Positions 23,720 to 34,872 of a DNA stretch of 64,000 nt are shown here, piece after piece. Position numbers and translations under genes: made by a program. The DNA comes from Klebsormidium nitens (lineage: Eukaryota > Plantae > Klebsormidiophyceae), in NCBI GenBank assembly GCA_000708835.1, contig DF237041.1, positions 62,001-126,000 of the forward strand. Reading direction: 5' to 3'. Positions within the stretch are counted from its first letter, which is position 1. Each line of letters begins with the position of its first letter. The notes beneath the pieces are model-generated. The model did no database searches. It was not told the DNA's origin and saw only the letters and a program-made list of their open reading frames with translations.

Positions 23720-26700
23720 TCACGAGATGGTGATGTCAGCGCAGTTCCTGAACACCTCGTTGACGTCCCGCACGCACTCCGTGGTGGAGACGGACTGCGG
23801 GCAACACGTGGCACGAAATCAGACGATGACGTCATTGGAATCAGACAGACCCCTCTGCCAGGTGATGTCTAAGATAATGAGTAACGGCCTTCCCAACAGA
23901 GTTGAGTTTGGCACCGGAGTTCAAAATCAAGTCGGTTCTTGCACGAGTTTGTGCGCCCTGCCCGTTGACCTAATAACGGGTCAGGCTGACTTGCCAACTG
24001 ATGATACCCGATCGGATCCTCAGATCTGTGGACTGCATCGCGCTTTTCTTCGAATGCTCCTTTATTTTTTCCTACGTTTGAAGATACCTCGAAACAGTTG
24101 GATAGAAGCTCGTGTTTACTTCGTAACCAAGTTTCGAGCCTACTTCAAAATATCTCCAAAGGGACCAGATTCAATCAGAAAATGGCTGCAGAAGAGCAGG
24201 AGGGCGTCTTCAGTTCTGGGAACCTTACAGCGTTCAAGTGAGCGGTTACCCATTATATATTCATCGTACGTACGTCAGCATGTCTGCTCGAACCCGAGGT
24301 GCAGCGGTGCGTACCTGCTTGCAGAAGGTCGACGGGCAAGGCGTACCGGGCGGGTTGCAGCTGTTGCCCGTGACATAGGAGAACTGGAGCACGCATCTGC
24401 AAACGTATACGTAGAGTGTGATGGTAGGAGAACTTATCTAGTTGCTTGGTGAGGAAGGTGCTCAATTCCTGGTGCCTGAACCTTGTTTGGTACCTCCGGA
24501 ATCAACGTGGGTGACCGAAGTTCGTAACTTCTTGTGGAGCGACATTCAAAGTCCAATCTACACGAGGCTGTGCACTTATAGATTGGGAGCTTAGAAGCTA
24601 AGAGATTCCTCGCCAAGAGATATGTCATTGCGGGTGCTTCAAGTGGGTTCGGCGACTTAGCTATTCACAGATTTCTGCATCCCAGTTCTCTTTCGAGTTT
24701 TGCCGGGCAAGTGAACAGTGAAACGTTTCCAGGCCCCTCAGCATCGATAAATGAACTGGCCGGTCCAAGGGCCTGATCAGCGGGTCTTTTGCTGGACGCC
24801 AACGTGCAACTTTTTCCATTCTAATAAATTGCGGCTCCCACTCCGTAGCTGATCATGAAAACGAACTTCCGTCACTGTTGAAAGTTGCAATCACAATTGA
24901 ATGAGGCGCCCTTTCGGCCCTCAACTTGCGTGTCTTGGTCGCTATGATTGACAAAGACGTCAAGCAGAAAACAGGAGTTTATACGAATGGATGAGTCACC
25001 GTTCATCTGCTCTACCTACCGCCTGCTAGGAGATTGTGCTCATTCCCGGACCCTTTATCCCCTTCCTTTCTTTGTGATGACGTCACGTGGTCTTACTTGG
25101 AGTCGACGGCGTTGCAGCGGATGTCGTCAGGGATGACGTAGCTCATGTTGTAAAGCGACGCGTGGCGCCAGTCGGGGCCGCCGCCGCCGGACGTACACGT
25201 GTTGCACGCAGGGTCGCTGGCGTCGGCACTCCAGGGGTGGGGCAGGTAGTACCAGGGCAGGCCGGGCGCAACCTGGGCTTGACCTGCGTTTTCGTAAGCA
25301 CAGTAAATCCTCCAACGTCGAACTGCTCTTCCTCTTGCTCCCTTCGACTTCCAAGCTACTTTGACAATTCCGCGAGAAATTTATGGGGAAGTTTGGTGTC
25401 TCGGGTGAGCTTCGTGTTTGAATGGGAAAGCCGCCGAAATGTCGTTGTCGAAAGCCACAGCCTTTCGGCTTTGAGGGCTCTTTCCCTGCTTTGCACGAGA
25501 TGCACGGAACAGTAGCGCTCTCAGCTTGTGCGGCAGTTGTTGCCAGCCACTTCGTCCCTCCCCTCCGGCTTGTCCTGTCCAAAAACTGACGGGTCCAAAC
25601 AAATTCACAGGGAGGAGAGGATTCGAAGGAAACACTTTGGATGTGTCGACGCTCCTGGAAGCACGGGAGAATGACGAAGAGGGAAAAGAAAAGAATTCGA
25701 TCGCACCCAGGAGCAAGCTGAGACGAACGAAGGACAACAAAAAGGATGGATGAAAATTGGGCAAATCTGATTTGTAGCTTTGTTTTCGCCTCTTTCCGAC
25801 AAGAATCACCGGGCGCTGGTTGCAGCACGTGGGCGTCGAGGCACTCCTGCGTGAGCGAGGTCGCCTCGTGGCCGTCGAATGCGCAGACGCGAAACTCGAA
25901 ACGGCCTAAATGGGTGGCCGTCGCGGCTACCTGGAACGTCACGGTTGAGCCGGCCGTAAAGGCTGCGAAAAATAGAAGAAACCAGTCAAGTATTCCGCAA
26001 TTTCAAGCTTGCCATAAATCTAAGACGACCCTGACTTGCAGGCGTAATCGCAGTGGGAGTCTACATTGGTCGAGCTGTCAGTGTTGGTTAAGCTCTACTT
26101 CGCAGTCTGTGTCAGTGGTTGGATTTGGAAGCCGACTGGACCCCGAAGCACGTGATGAGAATGCCCACGCATTTAATCGAGAACGGGCGGCTGAGGGCAC
26201 TTACAAAAGGAAAGAGATTGGTCCGAGCAGATAGGCCAATCCAAAGAGTCGATGTTTGACAACTGCTCTGCGGTGGAGTATAAGACATTTTTTAATACAT
26301 CTCGATAAGAAGTTTCTCTCGACTTTCTACTCCTCTTGGGGACCAGTGTGCCTCAAAGTTAGGTACTTTGACTTCCCTTTATTCGACTGTCCAGCTCAGG
26401 GATAAAACCCAAGATTCTACCGAGTTCCCTGCTATCTAGCCTGCCAAAGTGGTTCTCGATGGAAGAACAATCCCCTCTCTCAGACTAATGCTGATTGCAT
26501 TCCACAGAAGTTTGTCTGAGACGCCGCACACTTCACGACTGCGATGCGCACCGTTCGTGACTGGCACCTCGTGCGGCTGGTTGTATGCATTCCATGTTGC
26601 GATCTGGTCCTGTCCGCCGTCGCCACACAGGTTCCCAACCCCGTTGGCTGCCTGCAGAATGATGGAAATGTAGACTGTGTGGATTCGGTTCCGGAGAGTC

Positions 26701-27487
26701 CACCTGCCTTACCAATCAGAATAAATAGCAGACTTCGTTTTCCTCAGTCCATTCTCCATATAGTATTGAAGAAGGGCGGGAGAAAAGCACTCAAGTCAAC
26801 TAAGGGCGTTATAGTTGAATCCCCCCCCTAATTGCAGCAGCTTGGAGTGTCCTTCTACATGCTTAACGAGGTAAGGTTGATTCGAATGAGCGCAGACTTT
26901 GGAGACGACAATTTGTTCGTCCGAAGTCCAAAACTTGAACAGGAGACAAACGCCATGTGGGTTACATCGGATGTGTCCTCCTGCAATGACTTGCACAAAT
27001 CAACAGCGCCTTTTCACCTGGTGCTCTAAAAAAATTGCTCAAGCAATCAAACCTCCTCCAAACGTCAGTGACTTGCCACTCCTACATTCTGATTCCAAGC
27101 AAGCACGAGGGCACTTTCGATATGGCTTAGGCTAATTCGTATTATCAAGCGTTGTGATTTGAAAGGCCGTAGCTGACAAGTCCTGGCACCATTGAAAGCC
27201 AGTCGCTTTACAAACAAACAAACATATCTGATGCCTGTCCACAGTGTATCTGCAACGTTCATGGGCTTCTTGATGTCAGCAAGGCATCAACCCAGCGCAA
27301 TTTCTGACAATCAGCTGCAAAGCCCTCTATTTCAACCACCTACTTGCGGGTTGGTGTCGCTTCCAAACAGCACCGCATTGAGGTGCTGCCGACCCTGGGG
27401 AACGGTCACCCACGCGTGCCCCGCCACAATGGGGACAGCTGTCAATGCTGCAATCGTCAGCAGAAGGACCGCCGGTTGCCACTTCAT
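23720..27487 (-). CDS. Secreted lytic polysaccharide monooxygenase, AA15-like (chitin-binding type-4/LPMO fold), ~246 aa
   Basis: Six phase-consistent exons: 27344-27487, 26552-26651, 25810-25962, 25097-25283, 24315-24396, 23720-23794. Signal peptide MKWQPAVLLLTIAALTAVPIVAG is followed directly by His1 (HAWVTVPQGR). Further motifs NLCGD, TATHLGRFEFRVC, TQECLDAHVL, CVLQFSYVTGNSC and EVFRNCADITI-stop. Confidence 0.88.
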
Positions 27488-29300
27488 CTCGGCCGCCATC
27501 CCTTTCTTCGGTCGTCAGCTCAGCGTTATCCAATGCTGCTGAAATGGTGGGAAATGAGGAGGGTTTAGGTGAAGGGTCTTCTTAGCTCAGCTCGCAAATG
27601 GAGAGGAGTACGAGGGCTAGATTAGATGCCCGCAATGTGCGGCGTCAGCTTTGTCAAACTAGAGTTCTCGAGTCGCAACTCATCCAACCCAGAGAGGTTT
27701 CTCAAAAGACAAAAAGAATACCAAAGTGGCCAGTTTGTGAGCTAGACAGCGAATCGCCGCGTCAATGTCTTTGCCCAGTGAGAGCATGAGCGAACATTTT
27801 AGGGACCAGGTTTCAGGACTAGCATCAAGTACTGTGACGTCGACTCAGCGCTGCTGAGAAGAAGCTAGGTATGTCCAGCAGTGTAAAGACGGGAGGTTCC
27901 TACCTCAATAAGTTAATGTTGATCTGATGGCACCGATCTCAACATTGTTGCCCGCATAACCGAAGGCTGAAGCCGATAACACTGACACACTAACTTCGCC
28001 TTTTGAGGGACTTCTAGCGTGTCGAACCTTTGATCTGCATGAGAAGGGTACCCGACCTACTGTATGCAGTACCACCGTGACAGCGTTGTCAAGAGCACTG
28101 TGCTTTATCCACTCTGACGTATGTTCAACCGCTGGATAGAGCTGAAAGCATCGTTTTGCAACTCTTTCTTGTGATCAATCATTTGGCAGATTCCGGATGA
28201 GTCACTGCCGGCAGTGGCCGCTTGCAGATCTGCAGCAGTAGCGGAGCTCGTCAAGTATTCGTCGTCAGCCTCCAGACAGCCGCCGAATGACGGTTCAAGT
28301 GTTGGTACGTGTGCCATGTTCCGCCTGAAGCCCGTACATTCACTTGTCTGTGCACAAGTGGGCTCCACTGAGGCAGTTATGTACGCAAATGAGACCTGAC
28401 CGTTAGATCTAGTAACTTGACTCGCCTTCGTCACATCGTGCCCGTCCAATATACTCTGCGCGCTCTATGAGGCCTCTCGCCAGTCAATGATTGGTTGCAA
28501 CTTGCAACCTGCAGTACGAGGGAGTCGATGCAGGTGCACTTTTGCGTACGGTACGGCCGTCGCAAGGAAAGCAACCGTCGGCGCAACGATCATCCGTAAG
28601 CATAAGCTTTTACCTAACAGCACCGGATCACTGACGTGCGCAGTATCTTAACGCCAAGCGTACAATTTTAGAACGCGGGCTCCCCTGAATAGCGCTCTAC
28701 CCTTACAAAGTTGAAAGAACCTCTCATCCTGGAGGGCCAATTCTGCTTCCAAGCACTCAGGACGTGAATCAGGTCAGCCTGAGGCGCCGGAACAACACCG
28801 TCAAACAGCCGATCTCGGGATTGACACTCCCTTTCGGCAGGACGACACAGCAATTTTATTGCCCGTGGCATTTGTTGCTTTGGTCCTGGGACAGGTGTCA
28901 CTAACCATTGCGGGGCTGCTGAAGATTTACACTTCTTGATCACAAGCAGCTGTTTGTCTTGAAAGTTCACAACGCATGAGCTTCTCAGAGTATGAGCTAA
29001 ACTTCTAGCTACCTCGTTTCAAACCAAAAGCTTCCTTTGCTTAGGCAGGGCAGGCTTGATCTAGGACCGGCACTATTCCTGCGCCTGGACTGACAGCAAA
29101 GTTGAACGAACGTCGATTGCAAGGGTTCGCCCAATATTGCGACAGAGTGCAGCTGGCATTGGTCACTGCTGCCTCCGAGTTGTGTTCAAGAACCTTATCG
29201 TTTGTCCCGATCAAACTTTCAAATCTCGCTTGACACTGCCAGCCAATCTTGGACCAAACGCGCAAAGCACTTTTGGGCCACTTTACAGTCTGCATCAAGT

Positions 29301-32300
29301 ATGGAAGCCCCAAATGTCCCCCAGAAGTTGGTGCTGTCTGGCATTCTGTGGGGCCTGCTTGCGGCCTTGGCGGCGAATGCTGGAGCTGAGAATTCAGCAG
29401 AGGTGAGCTGGACGGCTGATGTGGTCCGAAAGGGCAAGTTTCAATTTGTGAATACGACTCAGCTCAAGAAATACTATCAAATAGTGAGTCAATCAGCCAG
29501 ACGCTTTTCTGCCGAGGGAATTCGACTGCTCCTGAACTCTCATGCAAGGCTTGCAGTCTGACTGTCAGAGTTCAGAAACGTGCGCCAATCCTGACAGAAT
29601 TGCACCTCTGACAGCTTGAATCCTCCTCTTTTGTTTCTGGGCCCTTCATCACAAACCGCTCTAAGTGGCTACTTGCTGGCGCAACTGGCTTGTCCAATTT
29701 GGTTATTTCTCAAAATAATTCTCCTCTTACTTTCGATCATAATCCAAACTCAGATCTACGCTCTTCTCTACCAGGGTCTCCCCGAAAGGACCTCCACTTC
29801 TACTCCCGCCTTCTTACTGAACCCATCAAGCTGAATCACTTGCTGACACCTGTCAACCACGCAGCTGCCACCTGTCGCCGCCCGCCACCTCCTCCAGCAG
29901 TCCGCCCCCTTCTGCACCGCGGCCGGCCAGTACAAAGCGGACCCATCCACCAATTGTACGCGCTTCTGGCAGTGCACCGGCACCGGCCAGGGGGCCTACA
30001 AACAATGCCCCGGGGGAACCGCCTTCAACGAGGCGTGCTCCTGCTGCGACTTCCCGTCCAACTTTGTGTGCGCCTCCGGGGCGACTCCTCCCCCGACCAC
30101 TGTTGCCCCGACACCTGTCCCAACCACTGTCGCCCCGACACCTGTCCCGACCACTCCTGCCCCGACACCTGTCCCAACCACTGTTGCCCCAACTCCTGCT
30201 CCGACCACGGTTGCCCCGACACCTGTCCCGACCACTGGGTTTCCAACGCCTGCTCCAACCTCGTCAGGCAAGCTCCATGGTGCCCTTGATTTCAATGAGG
30301 TTCTCGCACATTTCTTTCTACTCTCTCTCAAGTCTTCTGACGGAAATTTGAACCTGAAAAGCCTATTAAAGCGGCAGTTGGAGTCCGCACTTGAGATACC
30401 AAGGTCTGTGTGCGAAACCAAAAGAATTGCTGGGCTTGGAACGCTTTGAGGCTGCGTTTACTTTGAAGTCATCTGCGCTTCGTCTATCTACGATATTTGC
30501 GTTTCAGCCCGGCCCGCACGACGCTTCCAGAACGTGTGCATGCCCAGTTAAAGCGCAACTAGAGTTTCATCTGGAATGGTGACCACTGAAAGAATTGCTC
30601 GAGTCCCCTTCGGACTTTAAATTAGTCCATTACATATTTCTCAGTTGAGCGAGGCTCGCATAGCAGGGTGACCAGAACCACTGAAAGAGGAGCTCTATTT
30701 GTATTTGATAACAGCCGTCACTTCCGGAATCCGTCCAAGCAGTAGGCACGCAAAGAAAACCGCATTCCGACCAGAATCATCTCGATTTGCATCACGGAAG
30801 TCAAGCAAGCGTATCTCCTCCCCCTTCAGGCAACCCGTGCACCACGGTCGGCCAATACTATGCCGACACGTCGACCGGTTGCACCCACTTCTGGCAGTGC
30901 ACCGGTCCAGGACAGGGTGGCTACAAGCAGTGCGTCTCGGGGACCGCTTTCAACGCGGCGTGCAACTGCTGCGACTACCCGTCGAACTTCGTTTGCGGGG
31001 GGGCGACGCCGGCTCCGTCAACCGGGGGACCGACCCCCCCCCCTGCAAGTACGACAACGCCCGCCCCTTCGGCAACGCCCGGGGCGACGCCACCGGTTAC
31101 CCCAACTCCAACCGGTGAGATTTATGGTTGAGGTTTACAAATCTACCTTCTACTTGTTTGGACAGTACGTCTGGGATTGTGAAGGCTGATGGTAGTTCGA
31201 AGGAGCCCTTGCTGTCGTTGCGAAGCTGAGCAGTCGACCGGGAGGTGGAGGAATTTCCTTCTTGGTTGTCGGGGGAATGCACGAAGGCAGGTGGATTGAC
31301 AATACGATGGCAATATTCAGAAAACAAGTTGTACAGGGTCAGTACCGAAAACAAGGCTCCTGGAGCGGAGCGACTCCCAAAAGAGACGGTTGGCTGCGGC
31401 TTCCCTCTATATGAGAGGGACGTGGTCAAAGCTCGGACACCGTAAACTTCGGATCTCCTGGCTCGCGAGGTTTCCAGGTCACCCTTGCTGAGTCACCTGC
31501 TTCGCCAACTTTCATTCCAAATCCCAAGCCTGCCTTGCAATCAACTCTCAAAAGCGACGCCTGTTTAGATAAGCTCGATCTTCTCGTTGATGAATCCAAA
31601 CGGGTCGAACGTTGTATTTTAGTAGTCAGCGATCTGAATCGATTTCGCAGGTGCTCCCGGTACTGTTTCCGCCTACTTCACCTCCGCCGACTTCGCCCAG
31701 TTCTTCCTGCACATGAACGACGCCGCCTGCCACCACCGCAACTTTTACACGTATGACGCGTTCGTGACGGCAGCAAGCGCCTTTTCCGGCTTCGGCACGA
31801 GCTCCGCTTCGCCGACAATCAACAAACAGGAGATCGCCGCGTTCATGGGCCAGATCTCACACGAGACGACGGGTAAGCTTTGCCGCTATCCAAAAAACAT
31901 CACTGAATCTGAAACGAGTTCGACCGCAGTTTCCCGAAGCTGCTCTGCAGCGGAAGTGATGGGCGCGGCATGTTCTGATTCCCCAAGTTAGACCCCTGAA
32001 TAAGATATGTGTCTGACGTCCCCGGTGTTTCCAAGATAGATTGGTTTAGGTTGTCTGTTCGGGGGTTTCGAAAGGGTTAGCGATCAGTTTTACGGACGGA
32101 GAAGTCTGACCGGATCTATAATATTTCGTTCTCAGATTAGGTATTGTTTGCAGATCCGCCACGTTCTTGGACGGATGTCCCGTCGTTCCGACTAAAGACA
32201 GAATCTTGAGTCTAACGTCATTTTAAACGAGCCCTGCAGATGCTCACGAGGCCCGCTTCTGCTCCTCTCACGTATCTACTAAAAGGATGACACGTGTCGC

Positions 32301-33939
32301 TCCCTGGTGCAGGCGGGTGGGCGTCCGCCCCTGACGGCCCCTACTCGTGGGGGCTGTGCTTCGACGAGGAGGCGACGTCCGTGCCCTACTGCGCCGCCAG
32401 CGCCGACTACCCGTGCGCGCCGGGGCTCAGCTACCACGGCCGGGGGCCCATCCAACTCTCCTGGTAACTTTTACCCCGACCACACTTAGCTTAGAGATAA
32501 TCAGTTTTCGTGATGGTGCGATCCTTACGGGAGAAGATGCGGTCGTGCACCGACTACCCTTGCGCCCCGGGGCTCAGCTACCACGGCCGGGGGCCCATCC
32601 AGCTGGCCTGGTAGGTTTTGCCCCGACCGCATGTTTCATCCGTGAAATTGCAATCATTGAACTGGTGGAAGAATTGCTAAGGAGAAGACGTGCAGTCGGG
32701 GCGCACGAAACCTACAGGACTGCATGCCATTTCTCCATCTAGTGGTTTGACATTTCAGGGTTGAAATATGAGTCGGAGCAGTTGTCGGAAGAGGAAGCAG
32801 TTGTGTCGTTTATCAGGTTCGTGTTGCGAATTGTGCAAGGATACGATGAACGGAGGGCCCAGCCAGCCGTGTAGAAGTGTTGAAATTTAAACGGAGACGG
32901 AATTGTTCCTGGAATACCGTAAACATCAATCTGTATATCCGAGAGTTCGAGAAGTAGCCCCTCATCCAATTGCCGTTCAAGGAGGCTATCAAAGAAGAGA
33001 ATACTTGGAAAGTCGGAGATAAGCAGTGATGACGTCTGGACACAACGATTGTCGGCCAGTGTACACGCTTACATGATGGAAACGGTAAAAGGGTGCAACA
33101 AGAGCTTTGATATGTCCAGACCAGAAGGTCGCAGCTTGGAAAACCTCCTTTTCCCCAGTCCACATGTGCTCGGCAGATTAATTCGGATCTTTGGTTTCTC
33201 TGTTCCATTTTTGTAGAGCGTGCAACGGGCTGTCCTGTCGGATCTTAAAGGTTTTTCGCAACGGGCTGAGCTCTTGCGAATCCGTTCCAGCAGTTTCTTG
33301 AGAGGAAGGCAGTGGCGGCCCTTCTTATTCGTGTCCTGATCATCCATTTTGCTACTGATCTGAGCGCAGTATGCAATCGTCTGGATAGCCCAATCGACTT
33401 TTCTTTCATGAGGCCTTTGTTCTAAGAGTCTCTTCGCTCCACGTCTCGTCTCCCCCACTGGTTCAACGCGCGCTTTTCCAAGCCTTCTTTCCTATTCCAA
33501 AACGTATTCGCGGATCAAGATTTACAAGCTTCCATCTTCCTCACTTTTCCGTCCGTCCGCTCTCAGGAACTACAACTACATCCCCACCGGCAGGGCCATC
33601 GGTTTCGACGGCCTCAACTCCCCGGGCGCCGTTCTCGCCGACCCAGTCACTGCCTGGAAGACCGCCATCTACTTTTGGATGACACCCGCCGGAAATAAGC
33701 CCTCCTGCCACGCTGTCATGACCGGGGGATGGACCCCGAGCGCCGCCGACGCGGCCGCGAACCGCGTCCCGGGTTTCGGCGTCGTGACTAACATCATAAA
33801 CGGGGGGTTAGAGTGCGGCGCCGGGCGGCCGAACACCTCGGGGGGGCCGGATAGGATCGGGTACTTCACTCGGTATGCTGGGATCCTTGGAGTTGGAACT
33901 GGGAACAACTTGTCCTGCGACAACCAGCAGCCGTTTTAG
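29301..33939 (+). CDS. Secreted GH19 chitinase with two N-terminal CBM14 (peritrophin-A-type) modules and Pro/Thr linkers, ~511 aa
   Basis: Exons 29301-29402 (signal peptide), 29865-30267 (CBM14-1 plus PT linker, GC donor), 30830-31114 (CBM14-2 plus linker), 31651-31872 ([22 protein letters not shown]), 32313-32463 ([30 protein letters not shown]), 33567-33939 ([40 protein letters not shown]). Both catalytic Glu positions are present. Confidence 0.93.
30090..30262 (+). repeat. 27-bp coding tandem repeat (TTVAPTPVP) forming the chitinase linker
   Basis: About six imperfect units such as ccgaccactgttgccccgacacctgtc. Confidence 0.85.
32551..32628 (+). repeat. Intronic duplicate of the chitinase exon-5 3' end and donor
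   Basis: Copies 32404-32480 ([19 protein letters not shown]|GTA) 147 nt downstream. Confidence 0.88.
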
Positions 33940-34872
33940 GGCGCTTTTTGACCGTAGCTTTTGGAAGTGCGATTGTTTTGACCGTAGGTCCATCTGCGAG
34001 GGGCTGATCAGGATTCACAGAATTGGGATATTGCTCGCCACGATCTGGTTTCACATGACACCGACTTCACGACACGTCATGACGATGACTGGATTTAAGT
34101 GTAGTTCGCTGACAGGCAGATGAGGTAAACGAAGAAGAGAACACGGGGGCTATCATGCTCCCAAAAGCGGCTGAGACGTAGACGTAGGGACCGTTGAGAA
34201 GTGCCTAAGTTCAGAGGAAAGTCAATCAAGTACTGACTAAAATCCTGATAGAAGCCCGGGGATTGCACCGCCATTAAAACGCTGAGAGGCCGCACACAGT
34301 GATCGCGCAGACGCTGAAAGATTTGAAGTGTACTGCAGAATCAAAACGCAAACGACTTCACACGTCGATCGCTGTCATCTGTTCGCCGGCAAAAGTTTGA
34401 ACAGATCGACGCGGATGATTCCGGACGATTCCTAGCGCGAATTTACATTTGTCACGACCTTATAGAGGCTGCATGAACGACCGGGCTGTAATTGAAGTTC
34501 AGCAGCGTTTGCGAGCTTAACTGATTGACCTGCACTTAAGGTCAGCTCCAAAAGTGCAAACAGTTCTGATATGATCCCACCATGGGGAGCCTCAGCGTTT
34601 AGGCCCAGAGAGGCAAAGTGCTATTATGCTATCTATGACAAATTAAAACATAACCTGCATGCCACTAAGCTGCCAACTACGTTACGGTAGCTGAAAACAT
34701 CTCGCAGTCATGTTGCACTCAATCCGTTTGAGTCATCATGTACATCTATGCATTGACTGACTAACCATTAACCGTTAAATTACCAGCTGTCCTTTGCCAC
34801 GCATGACAACTCCTTATACGACGTGTCTCTTTCATTTGTAATTCCTTTTCAACATCTATGAGCAACAATTGA

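Noticed and set aside
23727-24452. 241-aa plus-strand ORF, and 25127-25942 read as one minus-strand protein
   Set aside because: The first is antisense to LPMO exons; the second is exon 3 read through an intron into the wrong frame of exon 4.
27488-29300. W-boxes (TTGACT at 28417, AGTCAA at 28482) and TGACGT motifs as defence elements in the LPMO-chitinase promoter
   Set aside because: Hexamers at this frequency are expected by chance in 1.8 kb; unsupported without conservation or binding data.
4173-33939. Bacterial contamination or chimeric assembly explaining NiCoT, LPMO and chitinase
   Set aside because: All three have multiple phase-consistent spliceosomal introns and are interleaved with plant-type genes.
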